A DNA stretch of 60,000 nucleotides from Lama glama (Eukaryota). This document shows, in pieces, positions 21,501-33,500 of the stretch. The stretch lies in assembly GCA_028534125.1 (NCBI GenBank), contig CM052816.1:101496001-101556000 (forward strand), read 5' to 3'. A program made the position numbers and the translations under genes. A model generated the notes under the pieces. It was not told where the DNA came from, searched no databases, and saw only the letters and a list, made by a program, of their open reading frames with translations. Within the stretch, counting starts at the first letter, position 1. Each line of letters begins with the position of its first letter.

Positions 21501-24500
21501 CTCCCAGTCCCGTGACCTCCCTGTGAGCTGTGACCCCCCCAGTCCCGTGACCGCCCTGTGAGCTGTGACCCCCCCAGTCCCGTGACCTCCCTGTGAGCTG
21601 TGACCCCCTAGTCCAGTGACCTCCCTGTGAGCTGTGACCCCTAGTCCAGTGACCTCCCTGTGAGCTGTGACCCCCCCAGTCCAGTGACCTCCCTNNNNNN
21701 NNNNNNNNNNNNNNNNNNNNNNNNNNNNNNNNNNNNNNNNNNNNNNNNNNNNNNNNNNNNNNNNNNNNNNNNNNNNNNNNNNNNNNNNNNNNNNNNNNNN
21801 NNNNNNNNNNNNNNNNNNNNNNNNNNNNNNNNNNNNNNNNNNNNNNNNNNNNNNNNNNNNNNNNNNNNNNNNNNNNNNNNNNNNNNNNNNNNNNNNNNNN
21901 NNNNNNNNNNNNNNNNNNNNNNNNNNNNNNNNNNNNNNNNNNNNNNNNNNNNNNNNNNNNNNNNNNNNNNNNNNNNNNNNNNNNNNNNNNNNNNNNNNNN
22001 NNNNNNNNNNNNNNNNNNNNNNNNNNNNNNNNNNNNNNNNNNNNNNNNNNNNNNNNNNNNNNNNNNNNNNNNNNNNNNNNNNNNNNNNNNNNNNNNNNNN
22101 NNNNNNNNNNNNNNNNNNNNNNNNNNNNNNNNNNNNNNNNNNNNNNNNNNNNNNNNNNNNNNNNNNNNNNNNNNNNNNNNNNNNNNNNNNNNNNCCTGTG
22201 AGCTGTGACCTCCCAGTCCCGTGATCTCCCTGAGAGCTGTGACCCCCCAGTCCCGTGACCTCCCTGTGAGCTGTGACCCCCCAGTCCCGTGACCGCCCTG
22301 TGAGCTGTGACCTCCCAGTCCCGTGACCTCCCTGTGAGCTGTGACCCCCCAGTCCCGTGACTGCCCTGTGAGCTGTGACCCCCAGTCAGGAGAACCCCGT
22401 GGACCAGGACCACCATCCTTCTCCTCCTTTCAGGGGAGGAAATGGAGGCCAGAGAGCAGGCTACTTGCAAAGGCCGTGAGGACCAGGAGTGCCCGCACCC
22501 TCCACTCGTCATCCACAGACTGGCAGCTCAAACAATCACGAGGATCATTTTGTCTCAAAAGAGCAAAACTGAGTCAGCGGCCACGATTTCAGCTCAACCT
22601 GTGAGGTACAACAGCAGCAGTGTCCAGCCTAACAGGACAGCTGATGCCACGCTGGGGCACTTCACTCTGTATTAGAGCCGGTATTTTAAACTACGCTGGT
22701 GAGTTAAGAAAATTTGGGGAATCTAACCGATTAGGAGAGAGTCAAAAAGAAATCAAGGTACCTTCATCAGCTCTTCCACGCAGGAGAGGTAGATTTTGAA
22801 GATGGCTGCTGCAGAGGGCGGCCCAATGTACTGCCTGATGTCTGCCCTGTCCACGAAGGCCACATCGATCCTCTCCGTGATGTTGGAGGTGGTCAGGATC
22901 ACCACGTTGGAGTGCCTGCAGGCAGAGAGTGAGGGCCAGTCACCCTGCCCCAGATGCCACCACACCTGACCTGACAGAGGGTGTCAGGACAGAGGGCCGC
23001 CCAGGTCCCAGGCGTTCAGCCGGCGCCCCTCAGCCGGCCACACTCCCACACCCTGAGCTCCTGCCTGACCCCCGGTCCTGCCAGGTCTTCCTGGCTGCAG
23101 CACAGCAGACCCTCCGGGCCTTGCTCTGGTTGCTGTCCTGCCTCCTGGAAAGCTCTCCCAGACCCCAGACCCCTGCTCGACAGCTCCCCATCTCCTTCAC
23201 CCACAGTGAAGCCCTCACCTCTGTCAGCATCCCTGACTGCCTCGTCTCCTGAACCCCCTGCACCCACACCCCGCCCGGGCATGGCCACACGACAGCCCAT
23301 CATGCAGCTCCCATCACCCCAACATGCTATGAATAGTGAACTACTTATGCTGTCCACCTGCTGCTCTCCAGTCTCTAGTGCCCAGACTCCACGAGAGAGC
23401 CACTACTGTCCGGCCGGCTCACTCAGAGCTGGCAGAGGGCGTGCTGGAGCGCGGCACAGAAGAGATGGGGGTTCTCGCTTGTCCATCACCTCCCCAGGAG
23501 TCAGGTTGGTGGGAGCCACCCCTAGAGCAGATCAGCTATGGGCACCTGACCACAGGCCCTAGACCTGCAGGGCTGCGCTGCAGAGACACGAAATCTGGCC
23601 CCACCAAGGACGAGCAGAGGGACGGGTGGTGTTGGCACTAACGCTGGACGCTTCGTTCTATACTTCTCGGCAGGTGTGTGTTTTCCCCACACCCAAGTTT
23701 CATTTTACACTTTTAATACTTTAAGAAAGTAAACTGCACTTAATTTCTAAAAAGTGCATTTAGCACATGCTGCCTCAAACATGGAACCAACAGAGCCAAC
23801 ACCAACTCCAGATGTGTTCTTGGCTAGGAAAGCTGGGTGTGCGGGCGAGAGGAGCCCAGGCGTCTCCCACAAGCCGTTGGGTCAGGGCGCTACCTTTTAA
23901 TCTGATCGATCTGGGTCAAGACAGCGTTGACCACGCGGATGGCATCTGAAGGCTCGGTGCCCGCCCTGCAGGCATTTCGGGCGGCCGTGAGGCTCTCCAC
24001 CTGTGGGGACAGGCAATGGGGCACAGTCAGCTGAGCCTGAGGATGAACACATGTGTGGGTGTGCACGTGCCCACCTGTGCTGGGAGCCTGGTGTGAGGGG
24101 GCCGAGGGCAAGGACTGCAGGACACAGAGCCTGAAGAGGCCGCAGCCCGTAGGGCTGGTGGTGTCACCCCATCTTGAGCTCCCTCCAGCCACAGGTTTAG
24201 AGTCCAAACACACCTACCTCGTCAATCAGCACAAACACCAGAGCATCTTTATCATCAATCAAGTCCTGAATCTTCTGGAACATCCTAGTCACCAGCTTGC
24301 CACTCTGGAAGTAAAACACTCTTTTGTTGTCAACGTGCACTCACCAAGCTGCCCGGAGCACACGTGCGCTCTCTGCCCTCACCTGGCTTCACTGACCCCA
24401 GGTGGGTCAAGCCCACAAGCCCACAGTCTCCTGAAGGCCCCTCAGAAAATTCCTGGAGCCAGAGAAGCCCGGTCTATAGAGAACTCAGATGGCCTCCCCT

Positions 24501-27500
24501 GGCGTTGGGCTGCAAGGTTTGGACAACTCGCACCTCAGCTCACCTGGGTGTCTTCCCATCTTCCCTTCCCAGCTGTCCTCATGACCAGGATGGCATGGTC
24601 ACAGATGCCAACGTGCAAACTGGCGAGGTGCACCCCTCACGGGCCCTCCCTGTCCCCACTCACCATCCACCTGGGGACCTCCTGACATGGGCGCGGGGCA
24701 GGGCCCTTCAGAGGTAAGGGTGTGACATCACCTGGTCCGAGCCCCTTGGTTTACGGATGGCAAATGAGGCTCAGAGCCCCGAGGGCATGCTCAGCTGAGG
24801 GGTGCAGATCCCTTTCTCCTCAGATAACACTGAGTGCCTATCCCAGTCAAAGGTCTGGATGGGACTGGCAAAGGGTCCTCTCGGGGCTCAGACTATTTCT
24901 AAGTTACTGCGTAGCTCTGGAACTTTCCTCTGACCACAAAGTCAGCCCCTTGTTCACTTTCCTGTTTCTACTTATTTCCCTCCTAAAGCTCTGGGAGGAC
25001 AAAGTTTGCCTAATCTACGGGATGACCTTTCAACTACACGGTTGATGATGTAGAGAATTAGAACTGATATTAATACTTACTTCTGAAAACCACTTAGAAA
25101 AGAGGCTGTGGCTGTTTATTTCAATTAACTGGCCGTACCGGTACCTAAGACAGCAGAAGAGAGTCAGGGAAACTGTGACAAGTCAGTCCCACAGCATCCT
25201 GGGCGGCAGCTGCCTCTGCCTCTTCAACGTGACATCTCTCAAATGTCCAGCAGGGTAAGAATGACACTTTGTTAAAGGGACCATGCGACTGAGGTCCCTA
25301 GTAACCAGCACACTAAAATAATCATGGAAAACCAACAAGATGCATCAACATTGATAGTTCTAGTTAGAGCAAATTAAATTCCTCAAACTGAACAGCATTT
25401 TCATTTGAATTAAAGCAGGAATAAAATCTAATTTTTAATGTACCTGTAATTTACATTTCTATATTTAAAAAAGCATCATGGGTACCAATACAGTGAATGA
25501 AGCAAAAGCACCAGAAGTGTTTTGGTCAGAGCTGAACATTTCCCCTTCCTTCCACAAGACCCTAAGGAATGCGACGATTTGTTTTCTAGCACGAGATCAC
25601 TTCCTGCAAGCCTAGAGCTCTGGAGGGCTCAGAGGGCCAGAAGCTGGCCTGCACACACACTGACTGCAGCCAGCACTCACCACCAGGCACCCACAGGGCG
25701 GCGAGAGGCCTGGACACACTGAGCTCTTCCTAAAATCAAGCAGGAGACAGAGGCAGGGGAGAGCCGACTCCCAGGTCCTCTTCTCTTTCACGTCAAAAGC
25801 CCACAGGAAACACGTAACTACTTTCAGAAGCATCACTGGTTGAAAAAGACCATTTACTAACTCTATTTACAAGATGGGGCCGGGGGGCAGGGGGTAGACC
25901 ACCTAACAAATGCAGACTGCGCTGAATGTTAGACAAAATTAAGTATTAAACATTTGGATCATTAACTGAAGTGGGCAACAAGACTTGCTAAGGTTTCTTT
26001 TTGCCACGAAATACACATTTCCACTTTCTTGTACTGGAAAAAGTCTTATTTTCCATAATAACATCTTCACTCTCTGGTGTTTTAGGAAACTGGCCCTAGA
26101 GATCTTTAAACACAGATGCATTTCAATACGTCAAGACAAAGGCCAAGTTACCGTGCAAGAAGGATTGAAATAAAGCAGTTTCCCTACTTACAAGCCGTTT
26201 TTGGAAAAAAAAAAAGGCATTTAAAAGTGTATCTCATAGGATTTCCTCTTCTAAACTCACATGGATTAACAGGTAGCAGATTTACCCTCTGCCTTAACAA
26301 ACTCAGAGTGGGCAGAACAAACGAAACAGTGCCTGAGGTAGGTGGACAACAGGTGTTGGAGGACTGGGACCCCAAGAGAAGAGAAATAAGGGCACAACTG
26401 CCCTGACTTTCTGCCTAGAGCACCTTCCAACTGTGACCCTGGAGGGTACCCAAGAAGAGCACAGCCGTCATGCTGAGCGAGGGGTCAGAGGTCAGAGTTC
26501 AGGAGCCTGAGGTGTCTGGAGGCCACAAAGCAGAGTTCCAGAAGGTCGGGAGATACACAGGAATAAATCTCTGGAAACCATCCTGGGGCCCCGAATCTTT
26601 ACCGGACACTCAGGTGTGTGAATCGGGAAACCTCCGTTTGAGGCCCCGGTGGCCACGGTGGAGGGAACTGAGACCCCACCTGTGCAGTGAGACTAGACTA
26701 CACCAAGACCCCTCTGACAAAGCTTAAGGACAAACCTCGAAAGGATCACACTGAAGCATCAGTAACCAAAGTGCAAAAGCAGAACAAAACTCAGCAGCCG
26801 TTGAATAAAGAGAATCCAGATGCTTCAAGTCACAATGTTTAGTCAAAATCTACCTGACACATCAGGAAGCAGAAACACCTGACCCAAAACCAGAAAAAAA
26901 AGACTCAGGCGTGATGGTGATGGAAGGAGCAGACAGGAGCATAAAACAGCTATCACACACTTCCTCAAGCATTTTAACAAGAACATAATGAGATGAGAAA
27001 TCTAAGTATAAAAGAAACCAAATGGAACCTCCAGAGAAGAAAAGTACACTGTCAGAGATGAAAATTACACTGAACAGAATTAAAAGCAGGCCAGGTACTG
27101 CAGAAAGCTATACAAAATGAAACACAGAAACTTTTAAAACCCTGAAAACACAAAAGAGCACATCAGTGGCCTGTGGGACAGGGTCAGGCCGTCTAACATG
27201 GGAGTAAGTGGAGCCCCAGACAAGGCGGCAGAAAGCAAGGGATTAGCTGAAGAGATAAGGGCCAAATAGTTTTTAAATGTGATGAAACTGTGAAGCCCAC
27301 AACTGACAGGACTTAAGGAGAAGTGGACGCAGCACTGAAGGCTCGGATGCCCCTCCACAGCGGCACACTAGCAGACTGGTGGTCTGCGTGGACACCGAGC
27401 ACCCCGAGCTGACGTCCCTGGAACATCCCTCGACAAGGGCAGAGACACGGTATTCTAAGCGAACATGGGACAGCCACCAGGAGAGGCCATGCAGTCATAA

Positions 27501-30500
27501 AGCAGGTCTCAAACACGTTTAGAAAGACTGACATAGTAACTCGAGACTATGCTGAGTACAGAGGAATTCGCTAATTTATGCTGAAAGAGGGGGACTCACT
27601 ATTCATGCAAAATGGTTAAAAAGTAAAAACAGCTTCCGTGGAAAACTGAAATACTCAGTTGAAGAGCAAGCAATCCCATTTCGGCCGTCTTCTCCCTCCA
27701 ATTACTGAAGTTACCTGCTTGAGAGTCTAATGGTCAACTTCTGGGCTAAAGCTTTACACAGGGACGTTTTTCCAGTTCCTGGAGGACCTGTAAGAAGATG
27801 TGAGCAAATGTGGTTTTAAGTCAGCGCTCTCCCAGGCTTCCCACATCAGTAACAGTTGCATCACCAATAGAACATGAAACAGGCAGATGAGGAAACACCA
27901 GCAGTGTGCTCCTGTCCACAGGCTCTCTGGCTTCCTGGTCTGAATCTTCACTTATGCCCAATGTCCTCTGTGAAACCCAATGATTATGAAAATCCACCTT
28001 TCAATGGTCAAGCGCTCTTCTCAATGACCATCAGGACGCCTGCTATTTCTGAAGCCCATGGGCCGCCATCTTTCACTATAGCTGCTTACACACGGGCCAA
28101 AGCCCACACTAAGCAGGGAGGGCAGGAGGGCCAGCGCCCCACCAAACAGCTTCTTGCCCCACGTGTGTGTCACCCAGAACAAGGTCCTGCAGGACCCGGG
28201 TGACCCGTGTGGAAAACGCACCCAAGAGGGAATGCTCACTTTCTGCAAGTGTTTTTCGTAATTCAAGAGAAAATGTGCAACCAATTCTAAATGGAAAATA
28301 ACTCATCACGCTAATTAAAACATGTTGATTGTCTACTCTGAGCCTGGTATTAAGACAACTTGCCAGCGTATATGCTATTTAAAAGACACTAACTACTCTC
28401 TTGAAATTGTATACAAGCCTACAATCTTTGGGTTGTCTCTCAATTCCTTTCTCTCTGGGGACTTAAGGAAAAAACAAAAAGGTACTGTTCCCCAAGAACC
28501 AGACAGGGTTCTGTAAAGTGTGGCCTTTGCGGCTCACTACCTATCAAGTGACGCTCTAAGGATGTCACAGAGAAATATGAGGTGACTGCTATCTTCAGGA
28601 GTCTATGACCAGCTGGGGAAACAGGCAGTTACTTGAAAGTTTAATAATAGTATAAAAAGTCACAAGGCATAATCAGGTGGCAGCCAAATGAAGGGTCAAG
28701 TAACCAAAGCCCAGAGAGCGTGAGCCCAGTCGGCTTCACAGGGGAGAATGTTCTAGGGCAATTCTGAGTCCACCGTAAGAGGAGCTACAGCTCCTCACAG
28801 AAGGACAAAGGTCCAAGCAAAAGTCTGATTTTGTGCAGCTTCTCTCGCCATGTGAAACCTGGACGCTTTACCATGAAGCAGCACCACCCGGTTCCAGGTG
28901 ATGAGGTTGCTGTCGACATTCTTGTCTGAAAACAGTAACGTTGTCATCACATAATCAAGGAGCTGAGTGAAAAAAAGAAAAATTCAGATAAAGGTATGAG
29001 GAAAGCCAAGGCTCCCACTACACGTTGCCCTAAGTGAGCAGAGGGGACGGAGGTCCTCTAAGACTGCCAGCACCAGACACCAGCCGGACCCCGGTACTAT
29101 TGTAAGGTCACATTTATTTAAAATCCTAACCAACAAAACAACTGAGGGACACACCAAGTAAGAGCAAGCTCCTTCCTCTGGGACGACATGGCAGTGGACA
29201 AGCACATGGCTCGTTCACTAAAGAACAGCAGCCGGGCTCTGCAGTCAGCTGTGGCGGCCCCAAGTGGCCTGGGGTGGAGCAAGGCGGTGGGGACAGACTT
29301 CTAGTGTCCCCCTAGTGTGCAGAAGGACCCTTCCCCTTGGAGGGGGTTCAGACATGGTAGAATTTGCTCAGACCTGCCCACCTGCTCTGTCCACCCCTTG
29401 GCACTGTGGGTTTCTAAGAGTGTGACCCAGCGCAAGGGGTCTTCACACTCTGAACCCTCCCCCTTCTCCCTCGGGAACTCCCCAGAGACCAGCTCCACTC
29501 GGAAGCAATCCCAGAGGACAGGCATCAGGACACAGGCTGCTAGTAAGCAGCATTCCCAGAAGTCTGTCTGAGTCAAGTGTGCCAGAGAGCAGCACAATAA
29601 TGATTCTACTTCAAATAATGGGGCCTTTTGGGAAAAAAGCACAACTCACATGAGATTTGACTTCCACATCATACACCAGGCTGTCCCAAAGCCCATGGAA
29701 TTCAGCTGAGAGAATAAAACAAAAACCTAACTTTAGGAAAGCAAGCCTTGCCCCTACTGGTCAGGGCTGCCCTGAGTCGCTGATGCTCCCCACTGCTCCA
29801 TGTGTGGTAGGCTAAGATGCTGGTCACAGGGATTTCAAATTTTTTAAATTGTTCTTAAAATTAAAGATGCAAAATAAATGATAGTCACATGTGACCCAGT
29901 ACAGGAGTGACCTTTCCATCGTATTATTACGCACAGCTGTCCTTGTGGACCTGCACCTAGACACAAGCACACACCCTAGACCCACCAGCCTCCCCACAAG
30001 CTAACACTTGGGCAAGGCAGAGTGGCAGGTCTAGTCTACATGTTAGGATGCCAAGCATAAAACTTGATGACTGAATTAATCCCAGGATTCTATCTGCTAG
30101 AACCCATTGGCAAAGTTCATGGAGAAGCATCGAGAAGGAGGAAGGAGTGGTCCCACAGGACTGACCAACTGGGCAGGAAAGAAGGGCACCACTGTAATTC
30201 TCAATGAGCGACCCACCCAAATGGTCTTATATTGGAAATCTCTCTTCTTTTGCGATATACTTTCCAGTTCATAACAGATAAAATGCCCTAAAATCCTATA
30301 AAACAGACAGACAAAATCTTCTTGGCAAGTCCAAGGTGTGTGCCATCTTCTGATCCCCCCATATTTGGCATGCTCCACCTACTGTTAATATCACAGGTAC
30401 CTGCAGGCAGAACCCAATGATTTGCTGCAATTATATTTTCTGTCTCTTCCTCCAAATTTTCACTGCTGGGGCCATCTTCATTTAGCTGGAAGATGTGAAG

Positions 30501-33500
30501 TGCAATAGTGCATGCGCTCAAATCAATGGGCTGTGATGAGAATGAGAAGAAAAAACCAAATAAATCTACACAAATTGAAGATAACTCACTTTTAAATTCT
30601 AGCTATAAAAATTAGGAGCTATCCAATAAGTTCAAAAAAACCAAAAAGAAAGGAACTCAAGCATAACACAAAAGAAAACCATCAAATCACAAAAGGAAAA
30701 ACAAAAAGAAGAAAGGAAGAAAGAATTAATATAAAATCAACTGGAAAACAAAGTTTAAAATGACAATAAATACATACTTATTAATAGTTACTTTAAATGT
30801 CAATGGACTAAATGCTCCAATCAAAAGACATGGAGTGGCAGACTGGATAATAAAACAAGAACCTAAAATATATTTGGTAATAAAACAAGAACCTACAAGA
30901 GATCCACTTAAGGGATACACAGTGAGGGGATGGAAAAAGATACTTCATGGAAATGGAAATGACAAGAAAGCAGGGGTAGCAATACTCCTATTAGACAAAA
31001 CAGACTTTAAAACAAAGTCCATAAGGAACAACCCAAGAAGAACACAACGTAACAATAAAAGGATCAATAGAAGAAGACATTACACTCGGTAACACATGCA
31101 CCCAGTAAAGGATCACCTAATACATAAAATACTAACAGACGTAAAGGGAGAATTTGATGGGCATTCAATAATAGTAGATTTTAACACCCCACTGACATCA
31201 ATGGACAGATTTTCTAGACAGAACATCAATACGGCAACAGAAATCCTAAAAGACACAAGAGAACAGCTGGGCTTAATTGAGATCTCTAGGACACTACAAC
31301 CAAAAGAAACAGAATATACATTCCTTTCAAGTGCACATGGGAACAAACTTTAGGATAGGCCACATACTAGGACACAAAATAAGCTTCAGCAAATTTAAGA
31401 GGATAGAAATTATTTCGAGTATCTTTTCTGACCACAATGGCATGAAACTAGAAATCAACTGCAGAAAGAAAAACGAGGAAAAAATGATCACATGGAAACT
31501 AAACAACATGATACTAAAAAATCAATAAGTCAACAATAAAATCAAAGAGGAAGTAAAAAATATCAAGACAAACAACAATGAAAACACAATCATACAAAAT
31601 CTATGGGATGCAACAAAAGCAGCCTTAAGAGGGAAGTTCATAGTGATGTCTCCCTCAAAAAACAAGAAAAACCTCAAACCACCTAATCTACCACCTAAAA
31701 GAACTAGACAAAGAACAGACAAAACCTAAAGTCAGCAGAAGGATGAAAATAACAAAGAACAGAGGGGAAATAAATACAATAGATTAAAAAAATAGAAAAA
31801 TCTATAAAACCAAGGGCTGGTTTTTCACAAGGATAAACAAAATCAACAAACCTCCAGCCAGGATTATCAAGAAGAAGAGAGAGGACCCAAATAAAGAAAT
31901 AAATGAAAAAGGAGAAATAACTGATACCACAGAAATACAAAAGACCCTAAGAAAATACTATGAATAGTTTTATGCCAAAAAAATGGACAACCTAGAGGAA
32001 AGGGACGCGTTTCTAGAAACATACAGCCTGCCAAAACTGAATCAAAAAGAAACAGATCATTTGAACAGATCAATCACTAGAAGTGGGAAAGGATCTATTT
32101 AAAAAATAAACAAACAAACAACCTCTCTGAAAATGAAAGTTCAGACCAGATGGCTTCCCTGGGGAATTCTACCAAACATACAAAAAGTAACTTACACCCA
32201 TCCTTCTCAAACTCTTCCAAAAGACTGAAGAGGAGGGAAGACTCCTGAAGTCATTCTGTGAAGCCATCACCATCCTGATAACAAAAGTAGACAAAGACAC
32301 TACAAAAAAGAAACTTACAGGCCAATATTTCTGATGAATATAGATACAAAAATCCTCAACAAAATATTACCAAACTGAATCCAACAACACATAAAGAGGA
32401 TCACACACCATGATCAAGTTGGATTCATTCCAGGTCACAAAAATGGTTCAACATGTGCAAATCAAAGTGATACACCACATCAACAAGGAAAAGATGAAAA
32501 CCACATGACCATCTCAAAAGATGCAGAAAAAGCATTTGATAAAATTGAACATCCATTTATGATAGAAAACTCTCACCAAAGTGGGTATAGAAGGAACATA
32601 TCTCAACATGGTAAAAGCCATTTATGACAAACTGATAGCCAATGTAATACTCAATGGTGAAAAGCTGAAAGCCTTCCCACTAAATTCTAGAGCAAGACAA
32701 GGATGCCCACCCTCCCCACTTCTATTCAACATAGCATTGGAAGTCCTAGCCACAGCAACCAGGTAAGAAAGAAACAAAAGGTATCCAGATTGGAAGGAAA
32801 GACGTAAAATTGCCATTATATGAAAGTGACTTGATACTCCATGTAGAAAATCCTAAAGATTCCACAAAAAAACTATTAAAATAAATGAATTCAATAAGGT
32901 AGCAGGATACAAGATTAATATACAGAAATCTGTTGTACTTCTTTACACTAACAATGAACTATCAGAAAGGGAAAGTAAAAAACAAAAAAAAACCCTGTTT
33001 AAAACTGCATCCAAAAAAATATCTAGGAATAAACCTAACCAAGGAGGTGAAAAACCTATATGCTGAGAACAATAAAACACTGATAAAGGAAACAGAAGAC
33101 GATTCGGAGAACTGGAAAGTATCCCTACTCTTGGGTTGGAAAAATACTGTTAAAATGGCCATAAACCCAAAGCAACCTACAGATTTAACATGATTCCTAT
33201 CAAAGTACCCATGACGTTTTTCACAGAACTAGAATAAGTAATCCTAAAGTTTATAAGGAACCAACAAAAGACCCAAAATTGCCAAAGCAATCCTGAGGAA
33301 AAAGAACAAAGCTGGAGGCATAACCCTCCCAGACTTCAAATACTACGTAGCCACAGTAATCAAAACAGCCTAATGTTGGCACAAAAACAGATACACAGGT
33401 CAATGGAACAGAATAGAGAGCTCAGAAATAAACCCACATAACTGTGCTTAGGGTGACATTCCTGGAAACCTGTCCTGGTATAATGTTATCGATCATAATT

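Noticed and set aside
21384..22388. Regular repeats resembling a CRISPR array
   Set aside because: Units are directly tandem with no unique spacers, and the context is a mammalian intron.
21241..22512. 423-aa ORF with GGHSSQGGH repeats (and the 182-aa plus-strand ORF 21660..22208)
   Set aside because: This is translation of the intronic minisatellite plus the N gap. Unit length varies between 32 and 34 bp, so the frame is not preserved.
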